Numbered from the stretch's first letter, positions 16,531 through 33,264 are shown. The stretch is DNA of 64,000 bases from Eledone cirrhosa (GCA_964016885.1 OZ024742.1:269328001-269392000), one strand, 5' to 3'. The notes: generated by a model from the sequence alone, not told the origin. A program made the numbers and translations.

Positions 16531-17475
16531 AACATCACGGGCGCTCTATCTCAAAATTATTTTTGAAAAGCATTAGAAATGCGCAACCGGTTAACACTTA
16601 AAACTAAAACTGAATACTAACCAATACTTATTACTAATTTTTACTTATTCCTAATTAAACTATTTTTCACTGGGAAAAATTTGTCAGCATTTTCTTTTCC
16701 TTTTACTAATAAATCACAACTCGTGTGTTACACCTCTATTCTTTTAAATATATATATATATATACAAAGCGTTAAACGTTCAGATTTTAGTTTAGAACAT
16801 TTATTTGCTTAACATTGTTTCTTCAAGAGGGAAGTCTGGAATCATCGGAGCATAGGGAATGTCAAAACATGTGACTAAAATCCTAGTCATTCAGAACATT
16901 TAGGACACATAAGTTTTGTTAGTATCATAGACATCATGTGGAGAGTCAGAGTTAAAAAACTGTTATGCTTGAGAGAACACAATCACAGGTAGCACTGGTG
17001 GGAAATGTAAGAGGTATAAGCAGAAAGTACAGACACCAAAGTTATAAGCAAGGATATATATATATATAAGGATATATATATATATATATATTGGTAAACG
17101 GAAAAGAAAATGCTGACAAATTGTTCCCAGTGAAAAATAGTTTAATTAGGAACAAGTAAAAATTAGTAATAGTATTGGTTAATATTCAGTTTTGGTTTTA
17201 AGTTTTACCGGTTGCGCATTTCTAATGCTTTTCAAAATAATTTTGAGATAAACATCACGGGTGCTCTATCTCAAAATTATTTTTAAAATCATTAGAAATG
17301 GGCAACCGGTAAAACTTAAAACCAAAACTGAATACTAACCAATACTATTACTAATGTTTACTTAATCCTAATTAAACTATTTTTCACTGGGAACGATTTG
17401 TCAGCATTTTCTTTTCCATTTACCAATATATCATAACTCGTGTGTTACACCTCTATTCTTTTAAATATATATATA
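16531..17475. repeat. Direct/inverted/direct triplet of a ~220-bp unit (pLTR-like)
   Basis: 16531-16750 recurs directly at 17251-17470 and is partly inverted at 17091-17250; copies abut TA runs. Confidence 0.75.
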
Positions 17476-17914
17476 TATTGTTAAAGTTTTCGTGTCGGTG
17501 TTTCGACTTTGCGCTGTATGATTAATTTCTATATTATGTATGGTTCGTTATGTTGAAAACCTATGTTTTATCTAGTTGCGGTTCTATATATGTTTGAGAC
17601 CGAATTATTGCATTAAGGAGGGCGGGAATTGGGTGAGTGTTGGTGCTCGATGTCACAGACATGAAATTATAGGTGCGGGCATCCACTAAATGCATTATAG
17701 TTCATGTTCACATATGCATATATTATTAGAAATGTAAGCTATCGCCGTATTTTGACTAAAGAAATAAAAAAAATTATTTAGCCTGATAGTGCGGTTAGAA
17801 CCTTCGGAGAAATGGAAAAAGAGGAGTATTGACGTAAATGGGTGTCGAATCCACATTTTTGGTTATCCGGACCACTGTGCTACCATTTACACGAAATATA
17901 TCGAAAATATCCTT

Positions 17915-18023
<109 letters not shown>

Positions 18024-18034
18024 AATAAATATAC

Positions 18035-18460
18035 ACGGGTAGTATGATTGTTTGTGTATAGAAGATTATATTAATAAAAGGAATTCCACCTTTGTCTGAT
18101 TTACTCGTTTTATTGACAATCCTTTAACATTATAATGATATTTTAATGAAATAGTATGGTAGAATATTAAATGGTAAGTGTTAATAGAACAAGTACTTTC
18201 ATGCTTGCGCAATCTGCAGGTTTATATTCTGTGGTGACATTCAAGTTTGCAATGTTCAACAGTTGAAAATTGCAAACTTGACTGTCACCACAGAATGTGA
18301 ACCTGGAGATTGCGAAAGCATGAAAGTACTTGTTCAATCAACACTTAACATTTAATATTCTAGCATACTATTTCATTATAATATCATTATAATTTTAAAG
18401 GACTGGAAATAAAACGAGTTAATCAGACAAAGTTGAAATTCCTTTTATTAATATATACAT
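18035..18460. repeat. ~400-bp imperfect palindrome of an HHR-bearing pLTR-like unit
   Basis: Arms meet near 18260. HHR at 18298-18336(+): tgaac CTGGAGA ttgcgaaagcat GAAA gtac TT gttca, with a mirror copy on the minus strand. A third copy is at 23312-23532. Confidence 0.75.
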
Positions 18461-18461
18461 C

Positions 18462-20083
<1,622 letters not shown>

Positions 20084-20920
20084 TATGCATATATGAACAT
20101 ACCTAAGAGAACCTAGGGAAATCACTACAATTTCGAATCATTGATTCCAGTGCATTTTGGGACACAACAAGACAAGCAGAGTCAAGTTATGCCTATAAGC
20201 AAATTACACAAATATGGAGTGCGCAGGAGCATAGCCAGTGGAGAAAAATGGTAAAACAGAAAAGAATAAAGTATGTAGATGTAATATATTCATAGATACA
20301 CGCACAGACATACACATAAATACATACACACATATATATATATATATGTGTGTGTTGTGTGTGTGTGGGTCTGTGTGTGCGCGCGTGTGTGAGTGTGACT
20401 GTGTATATGTCCATGTGTCTGTGTCTCTGCATCTTTGTATGTGTGTGTGTATGTGATGTGTGTCTATGTGTGTCTGTATGTGTGTGTGTGTAAGCAATGC
20501 TGATCTTTTGTAAGAGCTTTCAGTAGATACATTTTCTGTGACCAGTGAATTTCATTATTTTTCCCCGTAATTATGAAAATAATATTGATTTCAAATTTCT
20601 GGTTAGAAGTATATTTCAGTTCATGTTAATTTTGTTATACAATATGATTTCTTCGATTTTCTTAATGAGTTTTTTTTATTTCTTATATTTCGTTACACAA
20701 TTCGATGAATAATAAATCCTCTAAAATGTGATTTATTTGTTTCCAACACATACGTATTAACTGCATCTTTGCGTACAATTTTATACAAATATTCTATATA
20801 CATGCAAACACATCGACGCTCGCACACATTCAGGCACACATAAACACATGCATTCTATATTAAATGTGATGTTCACATATATAATATATAATATATATAT
20901 ATATATATATACACATATAT

Positions 20921-20975
<55 letters not shown>

Positions 20976-20979
20976 CATA

Positions 20980-21048
<69 letters not shown>

Positions 21049-21087
21049 GTATATATATATATATATATATATACATATGTATATTTA

Positions 21088-22056
<969 letters not shown>

Positions 22057-22194
22057 TATATATATAGATATATAGATATATATATAGAGAGATATTTTAA
22101 ATTGTTAAACAATATTCAATGATTATGTCAAAGAATGAGTTTTACAGTAGATTGGAAGCACTCAACGGTAACAATAATTTTCTGGAGTTATTAA

Positions 22195-23298
22195 TATTAA
22201 AATATAAATATTAATAAAATAGATGTTCTTTTGATCAATTACATTTTATAATACATATTTCGGATATACAACAGTACGTCCTCATAAGACAAAATATAAT
22301 GATACAATACATACCCTGAGATGTTAAATGGTTAAGATCTAATCAAGGTAGTGATTAACCCAAGAGCAAATTTTACTTATATCCTATCTATGAGAAAATG
22401 CGGAAACGTAATAAATTCATTAGGAATGTGTGAGTAATAAAAACGTTGCATATTGTAACTGTTCTAAAAGTTTTAAAGTGTATGATACTACGATCTATCT
22501 AGGAAAACGTCTCGTAAATCATAACAGCCAGTGATAGCCACTGGAAAAGGATTTATAAAGATGGAAAAATAAAGTGTGTGTGTGTGGGGTGGGGGGTGAT
22601 ATATGCAGAAGGACGTTTTTTTTCCGGAAGTTAAACGGTTAAATTTGAAAATATTTAATTTATAATATTAAGGTGAAAACTCCAGATTTCAGGATTATTT
22701 GGTGGTTATTTATATATTATTTACATCAATTCGATAAGTGTGTTATAATTTCTAAACTTCTGAATTTTAAGAGTAATATTTAAAGGATTAAGCTGGCACA
22801 TAAAGAATGAAATATTATACTGTTGATTATTTACCTAAACTCAAACTTTAACAAATATACCAACATATTAGGTATGTAAAGCTTTTGAACTACTTATTGT
22901 TATAAATATGTTAATAACTATTATGTATATAGTTATATATTAGTATGTTTAAGGTAAATAATAACGACGAAGATAAAAATAAAATAAGATAATATATTGA
23001 AGGATGTTAAGGATAAATATATACCTATGTATAACTGGATGTAAATGCAAGTAATTATACTTCAACCAAGATATCAACATATTATTAGATATAGGGATGT
23101 ATATATATAGATATATATTAGGTATTATTAGTGTAGTATACTTTAGGTAAATGATAACAGTTATAATTTTGTCAACGTGTCACATTTAAATACATATATA
23201 TATATACATATAAGGAGAACGTACTATTGTACATCTGAAATATGTATAATAAAATGTAATTGATCAAAAGAACATCTATTTTATTAATACTTATATTT
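22195..23298 (-). mobile_element. AT-rich pLTR-like remnant with short inverted arm and degenerate HHR
   Basis: 22195-22283 is inverted at 23215-23298; similar to 57640-57950. Confidence 0.6.
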
Positions 23299-23340
23299 AT
23301 ATATATATATATTTGCAAACTTGACTGTCACCACACAATA

Positions 23341-23379
23341 TGAACCTGAAGATTGCGAAAGCATGAAAATGATTGTTCA
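23341..23379 (+). ncRNA. Minimal hammerhead ribozyme motif (stem III mutated)
   Basis: tgaac CTGAAGA ttgcgaaagcat GAAA atga TT gttca. Confidence 0.6.
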
Positions 23380-23577
23380 ATTAACACTTAACATTTAATA
23401 TTCTATCATACTATTTCATTATAATACCATTATAAATTTTAAAGGATTGTAAATAAAACGAGTAAATCAGACAAAGTTGGAAATCCTTTTAATAATATAA
23501 TCTTCTATACACAATCATACACACCCGTGTATATTTCTCTCTCCCCCTCTCTCTCTCTCTCTCTCTCCTTCTCTCTC

Positions 23578-23648
<71 letters not shown>

Positions 23649-23779
23649 GCAACGGCTGTAAGTTGTGGGGTCTATTCTGGATGAAGAACTCAATGTAATC
23701 CATATGTTGAAAATGTTGTAGGTTAAGAGAAATCTCAGAAAACAATAAAACATTAAAAGGAAAACAGAGTCATGATATA

Positions 23780-24025
23780 TGTTAAAACAATGAAATAAAA
23801 AATCAAGTCATTAGAGATATATTTCACTGCTTTACGATCATTTCTAGATGGTGATAATACATTGTATCCATACTCAGTTAATGATCTATGTAAGTTTACA
23901 AACTATCAGATAGAGAGAATATTTACTTAGATAGAGTATAGATACAATGTATTATCACCATCTAGAAACGATCGTAAAGCAGTGAATTATATCTCTAATG
24001 ACTTGATTTCATTATTTTAACTTAT
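23780..24025. repeat. Inverted repeat of a pLTR-like end; related copy at ~45955-46070
   Basis: 23785-23869 versus 23941-24020; contains the HHR-like 3' half GAAA cgatcg TA. Confidence 0.6.
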
Positions 24026-24047
24026 ATATATATATATAAATATAATA

Positions 24048-25158
24048 CTAGCAGTGTATCCCGGCGTTGCACGGGTAAGAACATTGGTATTAGCACATCC
24101 AATGAGAAACATTTATTTGTGAGTGCCTGTTAAAAACTCACGAAAAGATACCGACAGTAAACTTGCTTTAGTTGGAGAAAATTAAGAAGTTAAATGTATA
24201 GTTTAGCCGTCTACGTGCAATGTTCATAGAAATATTGCTGAGCCCCTTCTTTTTATACTCCTCTGTTTTGGCCTTTTGGAGTAAGTCGGCAGAAGGTTCC
24301 ATGCCATAGCAGTAACGCGTAGGCTACTTACCTCAAAAGTTCATTCGCACTCTTTCCACTAAGTTACTCTTTCTCTCTATCCCTCTCTTGTAGGCCCGGC
24401 GTAGATTTGCACCGATCCATCTACATGCTGCTCATGTCCGCTTTGTACGGTTTTTGGAGGAAGGAGTGACCAGCAGTACGTTGTTCGGTATTATTACGAA
24501 AAGGTGTAGCAGAGAATCCAGCATGAACTAACAGCTCGGGAGGAAACTGCTTACCTCGAAGATTCATTCGCCATAGTTCTTGTCAATGATCCGTTTAGTT
24601 GGTATTTGTTGGTCTACAGTTAGATGAATGGCGCACAAAAGGTTCTATGTTTATTGGCAAGAAGTTCAACAGGGCTGACTTGCCTCGCTTATATTATCTA
24701 TTAAAATAAGAGAAGAAAGTGTAAGCAAAGAATCGCTGCTTTCACCCTTAACGGGATCTTCTGAAACTAAAACAATCAATCTGAGAACGCAGAAGTAAAT
24801 ATTTCGAAAAACGTTGCAGCCGAAGGAATACAGGAAGCCGATACTTTCGTTCGGGAAGACGTTCCCTTGCAATGAACGGAAAATAGCGAACATAATCAAT
24901 GTTCGTCAGAGTGTCGTAATGCAGGCAGTCAGGCATAGAGACAGATATTATAAGAGTGCGACGAAGATAGATAACCGACACTTAATACCCCTTTAACAAA
25001 AGACCATTGAAAAATAAAAGCTGCAGTTAATATCTTTAGACCGCAAGTAATATATAAATGCAAGTTTGAAGCCAATCGGAGTAGATATGTGGATTTGTAT
25101 TGATTTTGCAAAAATGAGGACAGACACACACAGGCATCTGCAGTTTTATAAATATAGA
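24048..25158 (-). mobile_element. Non-autonomous Helitron
   Basis: Minus strand starts TC at 25158 and ends with hairpin cccg-tgcaacgc-cggg then CTAG at 24048, followed by T. Confidence 0.8.
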
Positions 25159-25655
25159 CTAGCAGTGTATCCCGGCGTTGCACCGGTAAGAATATTGGTA
25201 ATAGCACCTCCATTGGGAAACGTTTATTTGTGAGTGCCTGTTAAAAAACTCACGAATATATGCCGACAGGAAACTTGTTTTATTTGGAGAAAACTAAGAA
25301 GTTGAAAGTACAGTTTAGATGTCTACGTGCATTGTTCATAGAAATATTCTTTTCATACCCCTTTGTTTTGACATTTTGGAGTAAATGTGAAAGAGAAAGT
25401 CACAGGTTAAGTTGGCAGAAGGTTTCAGTGTCATAGCAATAAGGCGTAGGCTACTTTCTTCAAAAGTTCATTCACACTCTTTCCACTAAGTTACTCTTTC
25501 TCTAATCCCTCTCGGTGCAATCCCTTGCGAATTTCTCGCGTAGGCCTGGTGTAGATTTGCACCCGATCCATCTATCCGATGCACATGTCCGCTTTGTACG
25601 GCTTTTGGAGGAAAGAGTGACCAGCAGTACGTTATTCGGTATTATTACGAAAAGG

Positions 25656-25870
25656 GGCGGTGGATTGGCAGTATCGGTAGAGGGTCAGACACCATGCTTT
25701 GACGTATAGAGTTACGGCCCTTGCCATTCTCAGTTCAAATCCAGCCGAGGTTAACTTTGCCTCTCATCCTTACGGGGTCGATAAAATAAAGTACCAGACA
25801 CGCACTGGGGTCGATTTAATCGACTTTCCCCTCCCCCAAAATTGCTGGCATTGTGCCTATATAAGAAACC
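25656..25870 (+). mobile_element. Full-length tRNA-derived SINE with ~15-bp target-site duplication
   Basis: A box TGGCAGTATCGG, B box GTTCAAATCC. TSD attattacgaaaagg / attattaggaaaagg. The empty site is visible in the paralogous Helitron at ~24490-24510. Confidence 0.9.
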
Positions 25871-26110
25871 ATTATTAGGAAAAGGTGTAGCAGAGAATCA
25901 CGCGTGAACTAACAGTTCGGGAGGAAAGTGCTTACCTCGAAGATTCAATAGCCATCGTTCTTGTCAACAATCCGTTTACTTGGTATTTGTTGGTCTACAG
26001 TTAGATGAATGGCTAGATAATGTTTATTGACAAGAAGTTCTTCGATTGATAAAAGACGTATTAAAGCGACCTACAATAAATGTGTGTATGTATATATATA
26101 TATATATATA

Positions 26111-27010
26111 AAAAGTTTGTCCTCATCAGTGGCCTTCCAACCGTCGTAGGCATTTCGTCGCATTAAAGGCCATATACCTCAGGTTGGTGCGAGCAACGGC
26201 TAAAAAAAGTCGTTGGGACACGTAAATAAGGGGGACGCTAGGGTAAACAAACAAAATGGTTTAAGCAACAGAAAGTGTTGAAGAAGAAACAAGTCCCAGA
26301 TTTCTATGAATATAAATTCGGTGGAATCGTGAACGAGAGAATAAAGACCATCAAACCTGGTTGAAATGTGAGCAAGGAAGGAATTTCGCACATGTCTAAC
26401 GGGAGGAAGAAGGGGTCTGGTCTGCGAATTCGGTAAACATAAGTTCTGTGAAGTCGCAGACGAGAGTGAGAGAAAAAAAGTTCATACCGGCTTGGCCAAG
26501 TGCCCGCGAGAAAAAGGATTACGGACAGGTCAAACGGGGAGAAGGGGGAGAAGGAGAGGTAGTGACAGAGAGTGAGTGAGTGAAAGGTGAGGAAGAGGCT
26601 AACAGAGAGAGAGAGACTGCTAGAAAGGGTAAAGACACAAAGAACGAAACAGACTGGTGGCAGCGGAGGAAAAAATATATGTGTAAATATGATAATAATG
26701 GAGCTGCGGAGCTGCAAATGGGTTACATATGAAAAAGTTTGTCGTCATCAGTGGCCTTCCAACCGTCGCAGGCATTTCGTCGCATTAAAGGCCATATACC
26801 TCAGGTTGGTGCGAGCAACGGCTAAAAAAAGTCGTTGGGACACGTAAATAATGGGGACGCTAGGGTAAACGACTTTTTTTAGCCGTTGCTCGCACCAACC
26901 TGAGGTATATGGCCTTTAATGTGACGAAATGCCTACGACGGTTGGTAGGCCACTGATGAGGACAAACTTTTTCATATGTAACCCATTTACAGCGCCGCAG
27001 CTCCATTATT

Positions 27011-27015
<5 letters not shown>
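26111..27015. repeat. Direct repeat (~140 bp, 622-bp spacing) plus adjacent inverted arm, in TA microsatellite
   Basis: 26111-26248 repeats at 26733-26870; 26868-27015 is an inverted copy of ~26688-26835. Confidence 0.75.
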
Positions 27016-27074
<59 letters not shown>

Positions 27075-27459
27075 TATAGAGAAAGATACTGCAGGTAGCA
27101 CATGGTAACATGTAATAAAATACGTCCCTCATCAGTGATTTGCCGAAGATCATAGATATTTCATCAGAATGTTGTTATGCAGACACCTGACATACAGACA
27201 TATATTATAAGGGCTCGATAGAGATCGATAACCGGCGCCTAACACCCCTTTAACAACAGAAAATTGAAAAATAAAAGCTGTATTTAATATCCTTAGACCG
27301 CAAGGAATATATAAATGCAAGTTTGAAGTCAATCGGAGTAGAAATGTATATATTTATAAACTTCGTAAAAAATAGGATACACAGACACACACGCACACAG
27401 ACACACACACACACGCGCGCGCGCACAGACAACAACAGTTTTACATTTAATATATATAT

Positions 27460-27538
<79 letters not shown>

Positions 27539-27548
27539 GTAATATATA

Positions 27549-27835
27549 TCTATATATATAAATCTGATGTTGTCCGTGTGTATCCCCTCATTTTTGCAAA
27601 GTCTATACAAATCCACATTTCTACTCCGATTGACTGGCAACTTGCATTTATATATTACTTGCGGTCTAAAGATATTAACTGCAGTTTTTATTTTTCAATT
27701 TTCTGTTGTTAAAGGGCTGTTAGGCGCCGGTTATCCGTCTCCGTCGAGCCCTTATAATATCTGTCTATATGCCTGGTGTCAGCATAACGACATTCTGACG
27801 AACATATCATTGCTGACGTATTATCTTCTCTACAT
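27549..27835 (+). mobile_element. Helitron 5' fragment (same family, opposite strand)
   Basis: Starts TCtatatatataaa; reverse-complement similarity to 24890-25158. Confidence 0.65.
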
Positions 27836-27910
27836 GCTCACACCCATACCCACACACACATATATATAGTTATATATACATATATACACACATATATGCA
27901 CATATACATA

Positions 27911-28015
<105 letters not shown>

Positions 28016-28037
28016 ATATATATATATATACTTATAT

Positions 28038-30728
28038 TAGAGTGTGCCATAAAAAGCAAGGTCATAATACTAATGCTCCCTATGTATTTTCCCATTATAT
28101 ATGCCGCCATTGGTAAAATAAAACATAATTTGTGTAAAATAAATTATTTTGAGTATTGCCTATATCATGGTGATTATAGTGTCGAGTGTGATTATGTTGC
28201 ATGAAATCATGAAAATGTGAAACAAATATGATCATACAATAATCGTTTATTTTATTAATCCATTATATTTAGTAAACCAGCTTTGAATATAAAGGCGTAC
28301 AAGAAAGAAACAAGTTCAGTTAAGTTAACACTAGTTATCTTTTTTTCACAGTTTCTTTTTTGAAATCCGGGACCTTGCGACGATGAGCTTCGACTACTTG
28401 AAGAACACACTGCTTCTCCTCCTCTTTCTTGGTGATGGCAACAAAATCATTTATCAACTTGACTGCTCTGTCCGCCAGATCGTTGTGAACAAAAGCACAG
28501 GCATTTTGAAATGACGCTTGTGATGACCAAGTTGCCGGTGACAGCTCAAGCCAAGTATCGTCGAGACCAAGGAGATCGAACAGAAGCCTTGTTTTCTTCC
28601 CAACTAGATGAGACAGCTTCATGGACGACTCAACTTGAGAAATACTGGAGCACCACAGTCTAGAGCCCAGACGTTTTCGTTGTGACAACGCGTTGGGCTA
28701 TTTGTTTCTTATCGGACTCTTAGACCCGACTTGAAAACAGCGCTAGCGGAATGGCTTCCTCCACCAGGTACCAAAGATGCCTGCTCAGAGCAGTAGTGGC
28801 TGCCTGCGAGAGATCTCTGTCAACATTACTGTACTGTGTCAACTCCACTTAGAATTGAAGGTCATTGGATGGTGCATCAACACACTTGACTGCTGTCAGC
28901 GAGTATCGCACGTAGAACAGAGCATTGAACATACAGATCTGGCGCAACTTTTCCATTTTAGCTTGATCGTATTTGAGTCACTCACCAAATGCATACATCT
29001 TTGACTATAGATGATTGTGGACTTCCACCGAGCGTTATGATGTGCACCAGGCAGCATCCAATGAATTCCACGAGGAGGAAGCAAGATCAACAAAAACTCG
29101 GCACATTCTCGATAGTCGTCCGTGGATGAGAACTCATTTTCCCATCGTCGGACATCAGCAAATCTTGGGGGAATTTGATGTTTCAGAACACAGACGCTCG
29201 AGTCTCCGGTCGACAATGTTCAATGTTTAAAGTTTGTCTTGTCCGTGAGTGACACTCAATCATTTTTTAACTCCTTGAACTCTGGGGTGTCTGGACTGGA
29301 CATTGCCCGAATAGTTGTTGCCATACTGCACACAAGATACACTCCATGACATGGTGCCGACAAGGAAAATGAAACACCTTTTTGTTGAGAATCTCTTCTA
29401 GTTTCACGCAGGCACCATTTTTTTATCCTGAATTCGAAGCAGGTGTGTTGAAGACCAAGCCCACTACAGACCCATCAACATTCCAATCTTTAACAATATC
29501 AAATGATGCTTTGGCTTGGGTGGTTCCAGTGCCATCAGGAATTATGGGAACACCGAGGAGAAGTCCGGAGTTCCAGCAACTACCACACCTAGCCTGTCGT
29601 GGTCACCAGGAATTATTTTGCCATCCCAATGCAAGGTAACAAGGTCTGGTACAGCAAGTTGTTCCTTTATGTGTTCAGCCCCCACTGATCTTCTTAGCTG
29701 CAAGTATGCTACTATTCTTGGAGAGAGTTGTGGCGTCTATGTCTGTCCCACCCTCAGAAATAATCGATTAGAGACATTTTTGGACTTTGAAATGGATTCT
29801 TTAGGAGTTCCATCTGGATTTTTCGTTTTTTGTCTGACTTTGAGCTGTCTCTGGGTGGGTTTGAGGCCTGAAATTCAGGATCATGTTCATCTTCAGTTTC
29901 ATCACTGGTTGAACTTGAATCACTCAGTTCATTGCGTGGAAGTTGTGATGCTACAGATCCTGACAAACACTTTCTATGGTTCTCTGATTCTCGACGAGCC
30001 ACAGAAACCTGAACACGCTTAAATTTTAAGATACCTTTTTCTGGTAACCCTTGTCTTCAGCAACCAGAGATATTTTTTTTTCTGGCAACGCAGGGCTTCG
30101 AGAAATGTAGCATCTTCCATTTTCTGTTCATTATTACGAAAATCGTCTTTCGAATTTTTTTTTTCAGCATCAGTATGTTCAATGTAGAAATACGAATCCA
30201 ATTCAGAAATAAATAGTACTTCCTTTTCTTTGTTTGACTTAGAACCTTTGTATTTTTGTAAATTTTTGTATTCCCTGGACATGTTCATAATTTTCAGTTT
30301 CACTTTGTCTATTCGTTGAGACGTCACACCAGCTTTTTCCAACTGACTAACTACTTCCCTAACAAGCCTATCCGCAATAGCACCATTGAAGCTCACATGA
30401 TTTTCGTGTTTCATAGGACCATCTTTCAGGTAGAAGAAATATCTTAGAACATCCCCCTTTGTTGGTATTTTGTTTGGTGAAAAGGATGTAATATATTGCC
30501 GCAGGAGCCATATTTCTCGATCATCACAACGGAGCGAGTAGCTACAACTAGGCCCACTGGTTTCGGCCATTATTCTGCCAATTTGCAACTATTAGGCAAG
30601 ACATGAATAAGTCTGAAATAATCAACATTACATTATAAATTGATAATATACAAAATGGCATGAGAAAATGCTTAGGGAGCTAAGAAAAATACACTTTTGT
30701 GTAAAATGTGGGATTCTGGAGCGCCCTA
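28038..30728 (-). mobile_element. Degenerate hAT-superfamily (hATm-like) DNA transposon
   Basis: Minus-strand motifs VFNTPASNSG..GAC, CRHHVME, GAHHNARW and NDLADRAVKLINDF. Imperfect TIRs tagagtgtgcc / tagggcgctcc and subterminal inverted gctccctatgtattttc / gctccctaagcattttc. Confidence 0.8.
28335..30588 (-). pseudogene. Disrupted hAT-type transposase
   Basis: Fragments in ORFs 30019-30588, 28896-29216 and 28335-28688, separated by frameshifts and stops. Confidence 0.8.
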
Positions 30729-31159
30729 ATATATATACAAAAGTTTAATCAAATAATCGCAGCTTTGTGTATGTCCATACCCACAGAACTTCTACAGTTT
30801 GCGACCGATTTTCTTCCAACTTGGAACAAAACATGCGTTATGGTCCCAGGAGTGTTTTGGACTCATAAAAGTTTCAAGTTTTTGTTAATGCGGTCCTAGA
30901 TAAATATTGGTTGGCTGGTAGCAGCGAAAAATACACACACACACACACACATACACACACACACACACACAAACACAAACACACACACACACACATATAC
31001 ATATACATCTAAAGAGAGAAAGGGATATATATATATATAGAGAGAGAGATAGATCGTTATACAGAGAGAGGTACAAGATATTCAGATAGATAGAGAGAGA
31101 GAGAGAGAGAATGGTGACGAACGCTGGTTCACACACACACACACAAACAGGTATATATA

Positions 31160-31243
31160 TTCACCGTATTTTTCACTAAAGAAATTTTAGTTTGAATTTA
31201 ATCTGAATTTAGTCTAAAATTTCTTTAGTCAAAAATACGGTGA
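31160..31243. repeat. 84-bp hairpin/foldback
   Basis: tcaccgtatttttcactaaagaaattttag ... ctaaaatttctttagtcaaaaatacggtga. Confidence 0.75.
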
Positions 31244-31383
31244 AAGCTATTATATTTTCTAATTTCAAACCTGCTCACTGTTTCAAAACATACTTACATA
31301 TATATATATAAAGACAGAGAGCGAGAAAGATATGCGCGTCTTTATTGTTCTCCATTCTGTAGAGGAAGAGAGAGAGGGTTTTA

Positions 31384-31414
<31 letters not shown>

Positions 31415-31637
31415 AAAGAGAGAGAGGGCATGAAAAAAAAAATGGAAAGAGGAGTTGAGCAAGAAAGAAAGAAAGACAGTAAGGAACTTTAACTTTTATT
31501 TATTTATCTATTCTGTACACACTGTTCACCTCTCCCCTTTCCTCAACCTAACGTCTCATTCTCTCTTTCACAGGAGACATACTGTGACTGTGTGTGTTAT
31601 ATATATTTATGTCCGCACACACAAACACACAAACATG

Positions 31638-32155
<518 letters not shown>

Positions 32156-32156
32156 A

Positions 32157-32190
<34 letters not shown>

Positions 32191-32193
<3 letters not shown>

Positions 32194-33264
32194 GGAGGTG
32201 AGTTTTATTGTTGTACAATAAAGCAATGCAGATATCGGATAAGAAGGACTCTACAGTTTGTAGGATTGGAGTATACATAATATATAAGATCAAAAGGTGG
32301 TTAAAAGAGTTCCATGTAATTTATTATGCGCATTTCAAAAACAAATATCATCATGCAATAACATTTGTGTTTTCATCAGATAAAATAGGAAGACATGATA
32401 TGAAGTTTAAAAAACACTTGTGAGTAGTGCAGTTTTAAATCAACATATGAAACGTAGTTTTAGATTGATGTGTGATATTGGGAAAACAATTTTTGAGGGG
32501 GGGGGGTGAAAAAGAGGAGGAGATGAGAGTAAAAAGTGGAGGGGGAGGAGTATAATGAGGAAGGATGAGATAGGAGGTGAGATGGGTGAAAGAGAGAGAG
32601 AGATAGCTTTTATAACTGAGAACAAATATATTGTTTTACATAGAGGGGTTGAAAAACCGTTGGAAGATAATATAGGAATTAAAAGAATTTGAAAATTAAC
32701 GAAGAGAAAAATAATGTTAAGTTAAGGTTTGTATATTGAAGGGTTTAATAATATGTGCCATGAAAAGAAATTGTTAATATGTATTAAGAAAAATATTTAA
32801 GGGTTTAATAATATGTGCGATGGAAAGAAAATGATAATATGTATTAAGAATAATATTTAAGGTTTTAATAATATGTGCGATGGAAAGAAAATGTTGAAAT
32901 GTATTATTAAAAAAAACAATAGTAATGTAAGTAAGGATATATTAGATGCGCATGAAAGGGAGAAAAAATAATGAATTGAGGATGAATAATCTAACGTCAA
33001 AAAAAATGTTTATGTTTACGAAGGATTTTTTCAAGATGATATAAAGTAAGAATATATTGTACTGTGTAATAATTGTTTCTATGTTAGACACAATGAGAAA
33101 AGGTACATATTAGGGGCTAGAAGTTAAAAGAAAAAGGAAAAGAAAAGGAAAAGGAAGAAAGGGAAGTGATAAATAGGAGTGATATAGAATGAGTAACTAG
33201 TATTATATAATGTATAATAAATAACTTTGAAATAAGGTAGAAGGATGGGAATATTTTTAAAGAA

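Larger units (their letters stand above)
25159..27360 (-). mobile_element. Second Helitron copy in head-to-tail tandem, interrupted by a SINE and another insertion
   Basis: 25159-26040 parallels 24048-24666; 27150-27350 parallels 24890-25090. Its CTAG abuts the TC start of the first copy. Confidence 0.7.

Noticed and set aside
26730-26800. Canonical hammerhead at CTGATGA/GAAA
   Set aside because: Order and pairing do not give stems I-III around a UH site; kept only as a weak finding.
27120-27170. Two TCATCAG motifs (minus-strand CTGATGA)
   Set aside because: No properly placed GAAA, UH site or stem I.
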